A DNA stretch of 64,000 bases from a bacterium (GTDB taxonomy: Bacteria; JAHJDO01): assembly GCA_043824255.1 (NCBI GenBank), contig JBDRTG010000007.1, positions 13,896-77,895 of the forward strand, given 5' to 3'. How positions within the stretch are numbered: position 1 is the stretch's first letter; every line of letters starts with the position of its first letter. The position numbers were made by a program, and so were the translations under genes. This document shows, one piece after another, positions 1 to 9,676 of the stretch. Under the pieces are notes generated by a model. That model did no database searches. It was given only the letters and a program-made list of their open reading frames with translations, and was not told where the DNA came from.

Positions 1-873
1 TTTGATATAGTTCATACTCATATGTATCGGTCAAACACACCTGGCCGTATTGCTGCAAAATTTGCAGGCATACCTGTGATTATTGCTAATCTTCACAATA
101 TAGACACATGGAAAAGGAGAAAACACTTTCTGATTGATAGGATGCTTTCAAGGTGCACAGACAAAATAATAGCTGTTTCAGATGCTGTAAGAAAATTTAA
201 CATTAAAAATTCAGGAATTTATCCAGATAAGTTTGTAACAATATATAATGGTATAGATATTGAAGAGTTTAATAAAGATTTTGACTATCAGGCTAAGAGA
301 GAGGAGATTGGCATTAGAGAAGATGAGTTATTGGTTGGGATTTTTGCACGTCTTTATCCACAAAAAGGGCATAAGTATTTTTTAGAAGCTGCATCTAAGA
401 TCAATGGGATTATTGATAATGTAAAATTTATGATTGTTGGAGACGGGCCGTTAGAATCTGAACTCAAGGAACAGGCAATGCAGCTGGGGATAAGAGGCAA
501 GGTAATCTTTACAGGACTTAGGCATGATATTCCTGAGCTGCTTCATATCATAGATGTTTCTGTGCTTTCCTCTTTCATAGAAGGGTTTTCAAATATTATA
601 TTAGAATCAATGGCCTCAGGCAAACCTGTTGTAGCAACAGATGTTGGAGGGAACAGGGAAGCAGTGATTGATGAGGGAACTGGTTTTATTATTCCTCCGG
701 CAAACAGTGATAAACTGACAAATGCTATTATAAAAATTTTAGATAATAAGCAATTAAGAATTGATATGGGAAGAAAAGCCAGAGAGCATGTAAGAAAATT
801 TAGCATTCAGAAAATGGCTCATCAAACAGACATGCTTTATAAAACCTGTTTGGCAAAAAAGAGAATTATTTAA
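1..873 (+). CDS. Glycosyltransferase family 4 (GT-B), 5'-truncated by window edge
   Basis: Frame open from base 1 (FDIVHTHMY...). GT4 motifs PQKGH, EGFSNIILESMASGKPVVATDVGG. Confidence 0.9.
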   Translation, partial: FDIVHTHMYRSNTPGRIAAKFAGIPVIIANLHNIDTWKRRKHFLIDRMLSRCTDKIIAVSDAVRKFNIKNSGIYPDKFVTIYNGIDIEEFNKDFDYQAKREEIGIREDELLVGIFARLYPQKGHKYFLEAASKINGIIDNVKFMIVGDGPLESELKEQAMQLGIRGKVIFTGLRHDIPELLHIIDVSVLSSFIEGFSNIILESMASGKPVVATDVGGNREAVIDEGTGFIIPPANSDKLTNAIIKILDNKQLRIDMGRKAREHVRKFSIQKMAHQTDMLYKTCLAKKRII

Positions 874-925
874 AATTGGTATAAGAAACAGGTTGTGAGG
901 CTTTTCAAAGCGTAAGCAAAAGCAC

Positions 926-1513
926 CTACACTGGGAAATAGCCTGTTTTGTTTGAGGATTGCCTTATTGGTGCTTCTAAATCTGTTGTTCGTTCCCAGAA
1001 TTCTATATCTTTTGCAAGTGACTCAACAGGTTTATTATCACACCAAATAAATGTTCCATTCGCTCCGAACTCCTCAAGGATTATATGTTCGCTAAGCATT
1101 CGCTCGGTGCCAAGTTCTTTTTTATTAACAAAAATACCTGTTGTTATAAGAACAATTACTAAAACAAAGATAGCTCCAGCCAACTTTAACTGCAAAGAGA
1201 CTTCTGTATTAAATGCTGTGTTAGGGATATGACCAGATGCAAATTTTTCTGGTGATAATTTTCCCTGTTGCACCTTATCCCATTTCTTCATTAAATCTTT
1301 TTTGTACTGCTTCCAGAAATCCTCAGGGAGTTTTTTAATCTCTTTATTGGAAACTATCCTTATCAGGTTTTGGATATCCTCATATTTTCTTTGGCATTTT
1401 GAACAGATTGATAGATGTTTTCTAATTTTATCAGCCTTTTTTTCAGATAGTTCTTTGTAACAGTATTCCAAAAGATTTTTTCTCATCATCCAGCATCTAA
1501 ACATATATAACAT
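926..1513 (-). CDS. Zinc-binding (zf-HC2) transmembrane anti-sigma factor
   Basis: HxxxCxxC (HLSICSKC) near N-terminus, one TM helix, directly downstream of ECF sigma. Confidence 0.8.
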   Translation of the reverse strand: MLYMFRCWMMRKNLLEYCYKELSEKKADKIRKHLSICSKCQRKYEDIQNLIRIVSNKEIKKLPEDFWKQYKKDLMKKWDKVQQGKLSPEKFASGHIPNTAFNTEVSLQLKLAGAIFVLVIVLITTGIFVNKKELGTERMLSEHIILEEFGANGTFIWCDNKPVESLAKDIEFWERTTDLEAPIRQSSNKTGYFPV

Positions 1514-1523
1514 CTCCTCTTTT

Positions 1524-2102
1524 TCATAAAAACATTCTTAATTCTTCCTGTAGTTTCCTACAAGCTCTGTGAAGATGGCTTTTTACAGTGCCTTCAGTGC
1601 AGCCTAAGGTCCGAGCTATATTTTTTATTAATAAACCATCGAAGTTTTTTAATATAAAAACAGTTTTTTGTTTCAAAGGCAATTTAGATATTGCATTATT
1701 CAGTTTTTCATTTAGTTCTGATTCTGATGCTTTATCTCTGGGGTTATTATCCATGCTTTTTGGCATGAAGATAGTTTCAATATTCCTTTCTGGGGCATCT
1801 TCATCATCTTTATGCCAGAACATAAATTTAAAACGCGATTTTTGCCTGTAATGGTCATTACATAGATTTATGACAATTCTGTGAAGCCATGTGTTAAAAG
1901 ACGATTTTCCCTTGAATGTTTCCAAGGAATGAAATACTCGCAAAAAAGCTTCCTGAGAGATATCTTTTGCGTCTTCACTGTTCCCAGTAAGGGCGTATGC
2001 AATACTATAGGTTTTTTCCATATATTTCTCTATTAGTTGGGCAAAGGCAGACTCTTTGCCTGCCTTTGCTTCTTTTATTGTTTGGCTATCTTCACAGACC
2101 AT
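1524..2102 (-). CDS. ECF RNA polymerase sigma factor
   Basis: Region 2 (DAKDISQEAFLR...SSFNTWLHRIVINLC) and region 4 (IARTLGCTEGTVKSHLHRA). Confidence 0.93.
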   Translation of the reverse strand: MVCEDSQTIKEAKAGKESAFAQLIEKYMEKTYSIAYALTGNSEDAKDISQEAFLRVFHSLETFKGKSSFNTWLHRIVINLCNDHYRQKSRFKFMFWHKDDEDAPERNIETIFMPKSMDNNPRDKASESELNEKLNNAISKLPLKQKTVFILKNFDGLLIKNIARTLGCTEGTVKSHLHRACRKLQEELRMFL

Positions 2103-2113
2103 GTAATCAAAGT

Positions 2114-2641
2114 TTACTTATTCTTAGATTCTTCTTCCAGCTTTTCAATATTTTTCTCTATATTGTTTTTCATCTGTTTTAATTTGTCTATTTCCTTATT
2201 AAAAGCTTCAGGATCTGTATATTTTAATTCTTTTAGTCTTTTCATTCTTGCGTCTTGAAATTTCTTCTGAAGCTGTGCGAATTTCTCAGGGTCACGTTCT
2301 TTGAGATAAGCAAGTTTCTCTTCAAGCCTTGCTCTCCGTTTTTTCATTTGCTGTTGAAATTTTTCGGGGTTTTGTTCCCTTAATCTTCCGAGTTGCTTAA
2401 TTTCTCTTTCTTCGGTCATGGGAACTCCATGCTTCTCAAAAGTGCCCCTGTCGTGTCTTTTTGCTTGTGGCATACGGGATTTTCTTTTAGAAAGATGTTT
2501 TTTTATTTGATCTGCTCTTACAGCATTGGGTTTTGTGATTTTGGCAAGTTCCCTATAAATAAAAATACTCTGAAGATTCAGCCCAGCCAGTAAGACAAAA
2601 CCTATTGTTACTAGAATAATATACTTTTTTGCCATGATCAT
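2114..2641 (-). CDS. Membrane-anchored helical protein, Spy/CpxP-like; first gene of the ECF operon
   Basis: N-terminal TM followed by charged helical repeats (NPEKFQQ, DPEKFAQ, DPEAFNK). Confidence 0.5.
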   Translation of the reverse strand: MIMAKKYIILVTIGFVLLAGLNLQSIFIYRELAKITKPNAVRADQIKKHLSKRKSRMPQAKRHDRGTFEKHGVPMTEEREIKQLGRLREQNPEKFQQQMKKRRARLEEKLAYLKERDPEKFAQLQKKFQDARMKRLKELKYTDPEAFNKEIDKLKQMKNNIEKNIEKLEEESKNK

Positions 2642-2737
2642 TTTCCTCCTTTTAATAACTGATTCGCATTTTTTTTAATTCTAGAGCTTCTACTTCCTCA
2701 TCCCTCCTTTCCGCCCTGAGATTTTCTATTTATTATG

Positions 2738-2767
2738 TTAGACGAGAAAAAAGAGAAAAAGTTTACA
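2738..2767 (-). promoter_or_regulatory. ECF-type promoter, probably autoregulatory
   Basis: Minus strand TGTAAAC-N16-CGTCTAA fits the AAC...CGT ECF consensus, upstream of the ECF operon. Confidence 0.7.
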
Positions 2768-2778
2768 TTAGAAATTTT

Positions 2779-3558
2779 TCAGGAAAGAATTTTTCTAATC
2801 TTTCTTAAATCTGCCGGAGTATCAATACTTATTGAGTCAAATTCTGTTTCTGCCATTTTTATTCTATAGCCATGTTCAAGAACCCTGAGCTGTTCGAGTT
2901 TCTCAATTTTTTCAAGACAGGTTTGAGGCATTTGAGCATACTTTAATAAGAAATGTTTTCTAAAGGCATATATACCTAAATGCTTATAGAATATATCTGT
3001 TTTACCAAGAACTAGTTTGTTTTTTAAATTTTTCCATTTATCTCTTAAGAATGGTATAGGAGAGTGGGAAAAGTATAAGGCAAAATTGTCTTTATCTACA
3101 ACAACTTTATTTATGCCTGAATCCATCAATTCATTAATGTCAGATATTTTAGTCATTAAACTTGCCATAACGACATGTGAGTCACAGGATATCGTTTTTA
3201 TAAGCTTTTCAATAGCTTTTGGATTTACTAAAGGTTCGTCTCCTTGCACATTGATGATAATGTCATCTTCTCTAATATCAGGCATTTTCTTGATTACCCA
3301 TGCAATTCTGTCAGTGCCGGATTTGCAGCTTTTTGGAGACATCTCAGCATTAGCTCCGAATTTTTGCGCTGTCTGCAATATGCGTTTATCGTCTGTAGCT
3401 ATAATTACTTTCCGGACAGAAAGGACATTGCTTACTCTCTCATAAACATGCTGTATCATGGGCTTCCCGCAAATATCCTTGAGTACTTTCCCTGGAAGTC
3501 TGGTAGAGGCATATCTTGCAGGAATAACAGCAATTATTTTAGGCTTATGACTCTTCAT
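2779..3558 (-). CDS. kdsB: 3-deoxy-manno-octulosonate cytidylyltransferase
   Basis: IPARYASTRLPGK, NVQGDEP, HLGIYAF, EKLEQLR. Start moved to MKSHKPK (3558). Confidence 0.95.
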   Translation of the reverse strand: MKSHKPKIIAVIPARYASTRLPGKVLKDICGKPMIQHVYERVSNVLSVRKVIIATDDKRILQTAQKFGANAEMSPKSCKSGTDRIAWVIKKMPDIREDDIIINVQGDEPLVNPKAIEKLIKTISCDSHVVMASLMTKISDINELMDSGINKVVVDKDNFALYFSHSPIPFLRDKWKNLKNKLVLGKTDIFYKHLGIYAFRKHFLLKYAQMPQTCLEKIEKLEQLRVLEHGYRIKMAETEFDSISIDTPADLRKIRKILS

Positions 3559-3642
3559 AGCAATATATGCTATCATTATGCGCTGGTTTTGACAAGGGGG
3601 GAATCGTTGATTTTTGAAATGAACAGAAAAATTATTTTTTTC

Positions 3643-3706
3643 TTGACAAGAATCCAAAAACAAGATATAATTCATCTATTCATACTAAATTTTCATCTAT
3701 GATGAA
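3643..3706 (+). promoter_or_regulatory. Consensus sigma70 promoter plus palindromic operator candidate upstream of the IclR gene
   Basis: TTGACA(3643)-17-TATAAT(3666). Inverted repeat TTCATC-TAT-GATGAA at 3692-3706. TTCATCTAT also at 3671. Confidence 0.75.
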
Positions 3707-3720
3707 TATATGAAAAAATT

Positions 3721-4473
3721 ATGGCGCATAATGAATTAGTACAATCTTTGCTGAGAAGTCTTGATATTTTACAGTTTATAAGCCATTCTGACAACGGGGT
3801 AACCATTCAGCAGCTGGCTGATACTCTTGGCCTGAAATCGTCCACTGCTTACAATCTTGTCCGTACCCTGACATCCAGACAGTTTCTCAAAAAGACAAAA
3901 CGCCCTACAAGATATCAGCTTGGGTCTGCTGTGGTGGAACTCTCAAACACATATTCTCATCATTCGTTATTGAATCGTTCAGCAAAGGTTCTAAAACAGC
4001 TTTTTAAACAGTACAGTAGTGCTTGTTTTGTCTTATCAGAAGTTGTAAGTGGCGAGATAATGCTGAGTCTGCGTATAAGCCCGGAAAGACCAGAAATCAT
4101 AGAGCAGCCGCGTGCTAAGATCTTTCATGCTTACGGAACTGCCTCTGCCTTGCTTTTTCAGGCTTTTTGGACAGAGGAAGAAAGAATTGCATATCGTAAA
4201 CGTCACACGTTTTGGGAATTTGGAGCTCATTTATGGAAAACGCCTGAGCGTCTTGACGAAGCTCTTAAAGTAATTCGTCAAAAAGGCTACTCTGCTCCAT
4301 GGTCTTGTTCTGATGGTGTTTATCCTGTAGCAGCACCCATTATCAGACCAAATAATGAAATTGTAGCTGCACTCGGCGGTAGTATTCCGGATAAAGAACT
4401 AAAAGGGGAAAAAAGGCAGAATTTTAAAAGATGTATCGTGCAGGCAGCAAAAGAATTGTCGAAAAAGTATTAA
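3721..4473 (+). CDS. IclR family transcriptional regulator
   Basis: N-terminal VQSLLRSLDIL...LGLKSSTAYNLVRTL HTH; C-terminal effector domain (VAAPI...VAALG). Confidence 0.9.
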   Translation: MAHNELVQSLLRSLDILQFISHSDNGVTIQQLADTLGLKSSTAYNLVRTLTSRQFLKKTKRPTRYQLGSAVVELSNTYSHHSLLNRSAKVLKQLFKQYSSACFVLSEVVSGEIMLSLRISPERPEIIEQPRAKIFHAYGTASALLFQAFWTEEERIAYRKRHTFWEFGAHLWKTPERLDEALKVIRQKGYSAPWSCSDGVYPVAAPIIRPNNEIVAALGGSIPDKELKGEKRQNFKRCIVQAAKELSKKY

Positions 4474-4614
4474 TATGGCAATTAATACTTATGGAGTAAC
4501 AGTATAGTTATGAAAAGTAATCAGGAGAATAGATGAGGATAAAAGTAGCCATTAGGAGGAGAAGCGTCATGAAAGTACTTTTAGATAAAATTAACAGAAT
4601 ACAGGAGGTAAAAA

Positions 4615-5673
4615 ATGCTTAATGCTGAGAAAGTCAAGAAATATGCTAAAAAATTAGGGGCAGATATAGTAGGGATTGCATCCATGGATAGGTTTAAAGG
4701 AGCCCCAAAGCAGATGGATCCGAGATATATCATGCCCGAAGCCAAATCACTAATTGCAATGGGATTCCGTGTCATGCGAGGGTCTTTACGTGGTATAGAA
4801 GAAGGAACCTTTTTTAGCAATTACTCATCTATGGGTTATGGTGGTCTTACATATCTGTATATTCCGTATACGGTCATAAATCTATGTAAGATAATAGAGG
4901 ATGAAGGATATGAATCTATCCCAATTGGGCATCAGAGTGATTGGCGCGCTATCGACAATGTAGGTAAACTCGTGTCTAATTACAGCAAACCGGTCTCACC
5001 TGAAAAGCCTGCACCTGATGTTATGATTCACTTGAGGATAGCTGCATTTGTAGCTGGGCTGGGAGAGATAGGCTACGACAAGATGTTTCTTTCTCCTGAA
5101 TTCGGACCTCGGCAGCGGATTGGTGTTGTTCTTACTGATTTAGAATTGGATCCAGATCCATTATATGATGGTCCACCTCTCTGCAACAGATGTATGGCCT
5201 GTGTTAAAGAGTGCCCAGGGCAGGCTATCAGTGCAACAGAAACTGTTAAAGTAGAAATAGCTGGTAGAACTATAGAATGGGGGGAAATAGATTGTGATGC
5301 ATGCGGCCTTGCTTTTCGTGGTGGAATGAAAACACAAGAGCCATATGAAAAAGGAGCATATATGGAAGAACGACGCGATGATATTAAACCAACTTCGATC
5401 TCTCCTTTTTATCATAAGCCACCGAATCTCTACAAAACTGGACAGGCTATTTGTGGTGGCAAAGGCTGTGTGCGGGCATGTATGATAAATCTGGAAAAGA
5501 GAGGAGTGCTAAAAAATAAATTTAAGCAGTCTTTTAGGAGAAGAAAACCTTGGAAGGTCGACTGGTCAGACTATAAGGCAGATTTCTCAAATGATAAGTC
5601 TAAAAATAAAGGTTTAACGAAAAAATCACTAGGAACAAGTTTAGGAACCAGTAGTCCTTTTGAAGCAGATTAA
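4615..5673 (+). CDS. QueG/reductive-dehalogenase-like cobalamin and 2x[4Fe-4S] protein
   Basis: GADIVGIA N-terminus, AGLGEIG...FGPRQR...VLTD motif, CNRCMACVKECP and a second Cys cluster. No TAT signal. Confidence 0.75.
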   Translation: MLNAEKVKKYAKKLGADIVGIASMDRFKGAPKQMDPRYIMPEAKSLIAMGFRVMRGSLRGIEEGTFFSNYSSMGYGGLTYLYIPYTVINLCKIIEDEGYESIPIGHQSDWRAIDNVGKLVSNYSKPVSPEKPAPDVMIHLRIAAFVAGLGEIGYDKMFLSPEFGPRQRIGVVLTDLELDPDPLYDGPPLCNRCMACVKECPGQAISATETVKVEIAGRTIEWGEIDCDACGLAFRGGMKTQEPYEKGAYMEERRDDIKPTSISPFYHKPPNLYKTGQAICGGKGCVRACMINLEKRGVLKNKFKQSFRRRKPWKVDWSDYKADFSNDKSKNKGLTKKSLGTSLGTSSPFEAD

Positions 5674-5703
5674 AGACAAAAAGATGGAGTTAATGGTTTG
5701 TCT

Positions 5704-6729
5704 ATGAAATACGCAATAGGATATCAGTTGCCTGAAGAGGAAGAGGAACCTATCGTCGATGTCGTGTGCGATTTTCATGAACATATTGAAGAAGTCTACT
5801 TTCCTTGGCTTGATATACCCACCTGCCGAGCGTCTCTGACTAGTTGCCGGGGATATGTGAATTGGGAGGGGCAGGAAAGACTGGAACATGATCTTAAGAA
5901 ATTCAGACAGTTAGGAATAAAACTGGATATCTTGTTCAATGCCAATTGTTATGGTAAATATTCTGTCTCTCAGTACTTAGCCAATCTTGTCTGTTCCATC
6001 TTGGAACATCTAGGTGAGACTGTTGGCGGAGTGGATATTGTTACAACTACTTCTCCGGCCATCGCGCATGTAATCAAACAGAACTTTAAAAATATTGAGG
6101 TTAGGGCATCGGTCAATATGCGGATAGGTACAGTAAAGGGTATGGAGTATATTTCTCATCTTTTCGACTCATTTTACCTGCAGCGAGAATTTAATCGTGA
6201 TTTTGAAAGAATTAAAGAACTAAAAGAATGGACAGACCATAATGGTAAGAAACTGCTTATGCTTGCAAATAGTGGTTGCTTGAATTTTTGTTCAGGGCAG
6301 GTATTTCATGATAATCTCGTAGCCCACGAAACTGAAATAGATGAAACGATTAACATTCCAGAATGGACTCTCCATGTATGCTGGAATTATTTTAAAAACA
6401 GAGGAAATTGGCTGGCGATACTCCAGGGTTCATGGGTCAGACCTGAAGACATTCATTATTATGAACCATATTTCCCCATTATTAAATTGGCTACTAGAAT
6501 GCATAGCCATCCACGAATGGTAGTCCAATCCTATATTGAGCGTAAATTCTATGGCAACTTACTTGATTTACTTGAGCCTGGATTTGCTTCTGCTTTTGTA
6601 CCTTATATATTAGATAACGTAAAATTTCCAGAAAGCTGGTTTACTAAGACATCTAATTGCAAAAAGGACTGCCATAAATGTGAATATTGCAATTATGTTT
6701 TTGAGCAGGTACTTACAAAAATGGAATGA
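5704..6729 (+). CDS. U32 peptidase-like (putative Fe-S) protein
   Basis: LFNANCYG, VRASVN, LQREFNRD, LANSGCLNFC, IKLATR, C-terminal CxxxCxxCxxC. Confidence 0.7.
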   Translation: MKYAIGYQLPEEEEEPIVDVVCDFHEHIEEVYFPWLDIPTCRASLTSCRGYVNWEGQERLEHDLKKFRQLGIKLDILFNANCYGKYSVSQYLANLVCSILEHLGETVGGVDIVTTTSPAIAHVIKQNFKNIEVRASVNMRIGTVKGMEYISHLFDSFYLQREFNRDFERIKELKEWTDHNGKKLLMLANSGCLNFCSGQVFHDNLVAHETEIDETINIPEWTLHVCWNYFKNRGNWLAILQGSWVRPEDIHYYEPYFPIIKLATRMHSHPRMVVQSYIERKFYGNLLDLLEPGFASAFVPYILDNVKFPESWFTKTSNCKKDCHKCEYCNYVFEQVLTKME

Positions 6730-6803
6730 GTTTAGTAGGATTAGATATTGGTACTACTGGTTGCGGCTTTGTATGGACATTGGAAGGGATAAAAAAATTA
6801 TGA
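6726..6803 (+). pseudogene. Remnant of an FGGY-family carbohydrate kinase (N-terminus only)
   Basis: ATG overlaps the upstream stop (ATGA) and reads MSLVGLDIGTTGC, the FGGY phosphate-1 motif, then diverges and stops after 25 codons. Confidence 0.7.
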
Positions 6804-6925
6804 CAGGTTTGGATGATAGTGGAAAGCGTGATTATAATTCGAGATTATAGGCATAAGGTCTTGTAAGAGGAATAGTAGTATGCTATATTCTGTGAACAAG
6901 TTTTTAAATATCGGAGAATTTTAAG

Positions 6926-7117
6926 ATGTCGAGAAAATGTGAAGTTTGTGAAAAAGGGCCAATGACCGGTAATAACGTCAGTCATGCAAATAATAGAACA
7001 AAGCGGAGATGGCTTCCTAATCTGCAGTCTGTAAAGGTTATGATCAAAGGCCAACCTAAACGAATAAAGGTTTGCACGCAGTGTATTCGTTCCGGGAAGG
7101 TAGAAAGAGTCGCTTAG
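6926..7117 (+). CDS. rpmB: 50S ribosomal protein L28 (Cys-containing form)
   Basis: MSRKCEVC...[20 protein letters not shown]...VCTQC. Confidence 0.97.
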   Translation: MSRKCEVCEKGPMTGNNVSHANNRTKRRWLPNLQSVKVMIKGQPKRIKVCTQCIRSGKVERVA

Positions 7118-8823
7118 GTTCTAAATCTCATATCTTTTAAATTTAGTTGCAAGCTTTTCCTGCCCTGCCAAATATTTATCTCTGGAGTATAGATAATATC
7201 GATATGGTTTTGACCTCTGTAATTATCCATATAGTCAGCCATTCTAAATCCAATAGCTTCAAATTGCCTACCTTGTTGAGATAGTATAAGTTTGACATGA
7301 TTGTCGCCAACTTTTCTGGGAGAAAAGCCTAATTTAAGACCTTTTGCAATGAATACAGGTTTTGGGTTTCCCATACCATAAGGTTCAAGATGTTCTATTT
7401 CAAGTAAAAACTTGTTTGTGATATTAGATGGAGAGAGGGCTAAATCTATGCGCAGCTTTGGCTGGAGATGCTCTTTTGTTATTACTCTTGTTCCAATCTG
7501 GTTGATTTTGCTTCTAAAGATTCTGATATTATTTTTATTAATTGTCACACCTGCAGCATAAGAATGTCCACCGAATCTAATCAAGCAGTCTTTACATTCC
7601 CGAAGAGCATCAACAAGATTAAAGCCTGATATGCTTCTTCCAGAGCCTTTTGCCTCTTCTTTGTTGGTACATACAAGAATTGCAGGCCGATAGAAAATTT
7701 CTACAAGTCTTTGTGCAACTATGCCTATAACTCCCTCATGCCACTCATCACTTCCAAGCACAATAACAGGTTCGTTATCCAGGTCAACTGAGTCTTTTAC
7801 CATTTCAATAGCGTTGGCAAGAACCTCTTTCTCTATTTCCTGTCTGTTGATGTTTTCTGTACAAAGGGACCTGGCTTTTTTGGATGCAGCTTCCTGAGAA
7901 TTTGTTGTAAGAAGCGTAACACTTTCCCGAGCGCTCTGCATTCTGCCTGCAGCATTAAGTCTTGGAGCTAGCATAAATGCCACTTGCCCGCTGGATATGT
8001 TGTTCTGTTTTAGTCCGGATTCTTTAATTAGTGTCTTAAGTCCAATATTTTCTGAGGTTTTTAGTTTTGAGATTCCGAGTTTGACGATTATTCTATTATC
8101 CCCCAAGAGAGGCACAACATCTGCTATGGTGCCTATTGCTGCAAGATCCATGTATTTAAGGATTCCCTCAGAAGATATATCTCCAAGAAGATGCTTTGCC
8201 AGCACTCTGCATAACTGAAATACAACACCCACCCCAGCAAGTTCAGAAAAAGGATATTTAGAATCATTTCTTTTTGGATTAACTATAGGGTATTTTTGCG
8301 ACATGGGAATTTCAACAGTATGATGGTCTGTAATGATAACGTCTGTCCCCATGCTGATTGCAGCCTTGCCCTCTTCAATAGAATTTGTCCCACAGTCAAC
8401 AGTAATAATAAGCTTTGTGCCCTTTTTGCATAAGTCTTTAATTATATTAGTATTAAGCCCATAACCTTCATTCATCCTATTTGGAATATAGAAATCAATA
8501 TCTGCGCCAGAATCCTTTAAAAATCTATATAACAGAGCAGTAGAGGTTATTCCATCAGCATCATAGTCTCCATAAATAGTTATTCTTTCCTTATGTTTAA
8601 TTGCCTTTAGAATTCTCTTTACGCCTGTTTCTACATCAGGCAGTAAAAATGGGTCTGATAACGCGCTTATTGCAGTGTATAAAAAACTCTCTGCAGCAGG
8701 AATGTCCTTTATCCCTCGATTTATAAGGATTTGAGACGTATTTGGCATAATGCCCAGCTTATCTGATAATTCTCTCTGCAGCTCTATATTAGACTCGTAT
8801 ATTTCCCATGTATAATTTTTCAA
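7114..8823 (-). CDS. recJ: ssDNA-specific exonuclease RecJ
   Basis: [30 protein letters not shown]. Confidence 0.96.
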   Translation of the reverse strand: MKNYTWEIYESNIELQRELSDKLGIMPNTSQILINRGIKDIPAAESFLYTAISALSDPFLLPDVETGVKRILKAIKHKERITIYGDYDADGITSTALLYRFLKDSGADIDFYIPNRMNEGYGLNTNIIKDLCKKGTKLIITVDCGTNSIEEGKAAISMGTDVIITDHHTVEIPMSQKYPIVNPKRNDSKYPFSELAGVGVVFQLCRVLAKHLLGDISSEGILKYMDLAAIGTIADVVPLLGDNRIIVKLGISKLKTSENIGLKTLIKESGLKQNNISSGQVAFMLAPRLNAAGRMQSARESVTLLTTNSQEAASKKARSLCTENINRQEIEKEVLANAIEMVKDSVDLDNEPVIVLGSDEWHEGVIGIVAQRLVEIFYRPAILVCTNKEEAKGSGRSISGFNLVDALRECKDCLIRFGGHSYAAGVTINKNNIRIFRSKINQIGTRVITKEHLQPKLRIDLALSPSNITNKFLLEIEHLEPYGMGNPKPVFIAKGLKLGFSPRKVGDNHVKLILSQQGRQFEAIGFRMADYMDNYRGQNHIDIIYTPEINIWQGRKSLQLNLKDMRFRT

Positions 8824-8833
8824 AGCAGTTTCC

Positions 8834-9676
8834 TTATTTTTGTTGTTTAATGTAATTACTCAGGTCTGCCAGTTCAGACATTGAGAGTTTTTCTGCACGA
8901 ATACTCAGAGATAACTTAAAATACTTAAAGGCCTTTTCCAACTCTTCTCTGTTAATTCCTAAATTGGCATATCTTGATATTGCATTAATGAGCATTTTTC
9001 TCCTATACATAAAACCTGCCCGGATGATATCAAAAAACAATTTTTCGTTTTTTACTTTAACTGGCGGTTCATCTAAAAGGGTAAATTTTACCAGAGCAGA
9101 ATCCACATCTGGCTGAGGGTAAAAAGTAGTCTTTTTTATATATTTAACAATCTCTACTCTGCACCTATATTGCACAAAGATTGATAGAGAGCCATAAGCT
9201 TTGGATCCTGGCTTAGCCGTAAGTCTTTGCGCCACTTCTTTCTGGATCATTAGTACGAAAAGTTCTGGGCTTTGAGTAATGGCCAGAAGAAATAATATAA
9301 CAGGCGTTGTAATATAATAAGGTATATTCCCTACTACTCTATAATTTCCATGAATATTGAAACTGGTTTTTAAGATATCATTATTAATGAATTCAATGTT
9401 GTTATATGCTGAGAGCAAGTTTTTTGAAATATCAAGCAGTTTTGTGTCTGTTTCCACTGCTATTACATTTTTTGCCTTAGTAGCAATAAGGTGCGTTAGA
9501 GTTCCCAGCCCTGAGCCGATCTCAACTATAACATCGGTTTTTTTGATATTGAGAGTGTTGATTATTATATCAGCTATATTTCTGTCTATAAGAAAGTTCT
9601 GCCCAAACTTTTTTTGTGGACGAAGATTGTGTTTTTTGAATTCTTCCTTAATGCTATTTGGAGAGAAGAAATTCAT
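8834..9676 (-). CDS. rsmA: 16S rRNA m6,6A dimethyltransferase
   Basis: KKFGQNFL, EIGSGLG, GNIPYYIT, MIQKEVA. Confidence 0.96.
   Translation of the reverse strand: MNFFSPNSIKEEFKKHNLRPQKKFGQNFLIDRNIADIIINTLNIKKTDVIVEIGSGLGTLTHLIATKAKNVIAVETDTKLLDISKNLLSAYNNIEFINNDILKTSFNIHGNYRVVGNIPYYITTPVILFLLAITQSPELFVLMIQKEVAQRLTAKPGSKAYGSLSIFVQYRCRVEIVKYIKKTTFYPQPDVDSALVKFTLLDEPPVKVKNEKLFFDIIRAGFMYRRKMLINAISRYANLGINREELEKAFKYFKLSLSIRAEKLSMSELADLSNYIKQQK

Noticed and set aside
3559..3675. N-terminal extension of kdsB in the ORF track
   Set aside because: Runs through the IclR promoter; homology begins at MKSHKPKIIAVIPARY.
5629..5652. 12-bp tandem repeat encoding LGTSLGTS
   Set aside because: Two imperfect copies in a low-complexity tail; no sign of function.
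4615..5673. Respiratory reductive dehalogenase (RdhA)
   Set aside because: No twin-arginine leader and no adjacent small membrane anchor gene; only the shared fold is supported.
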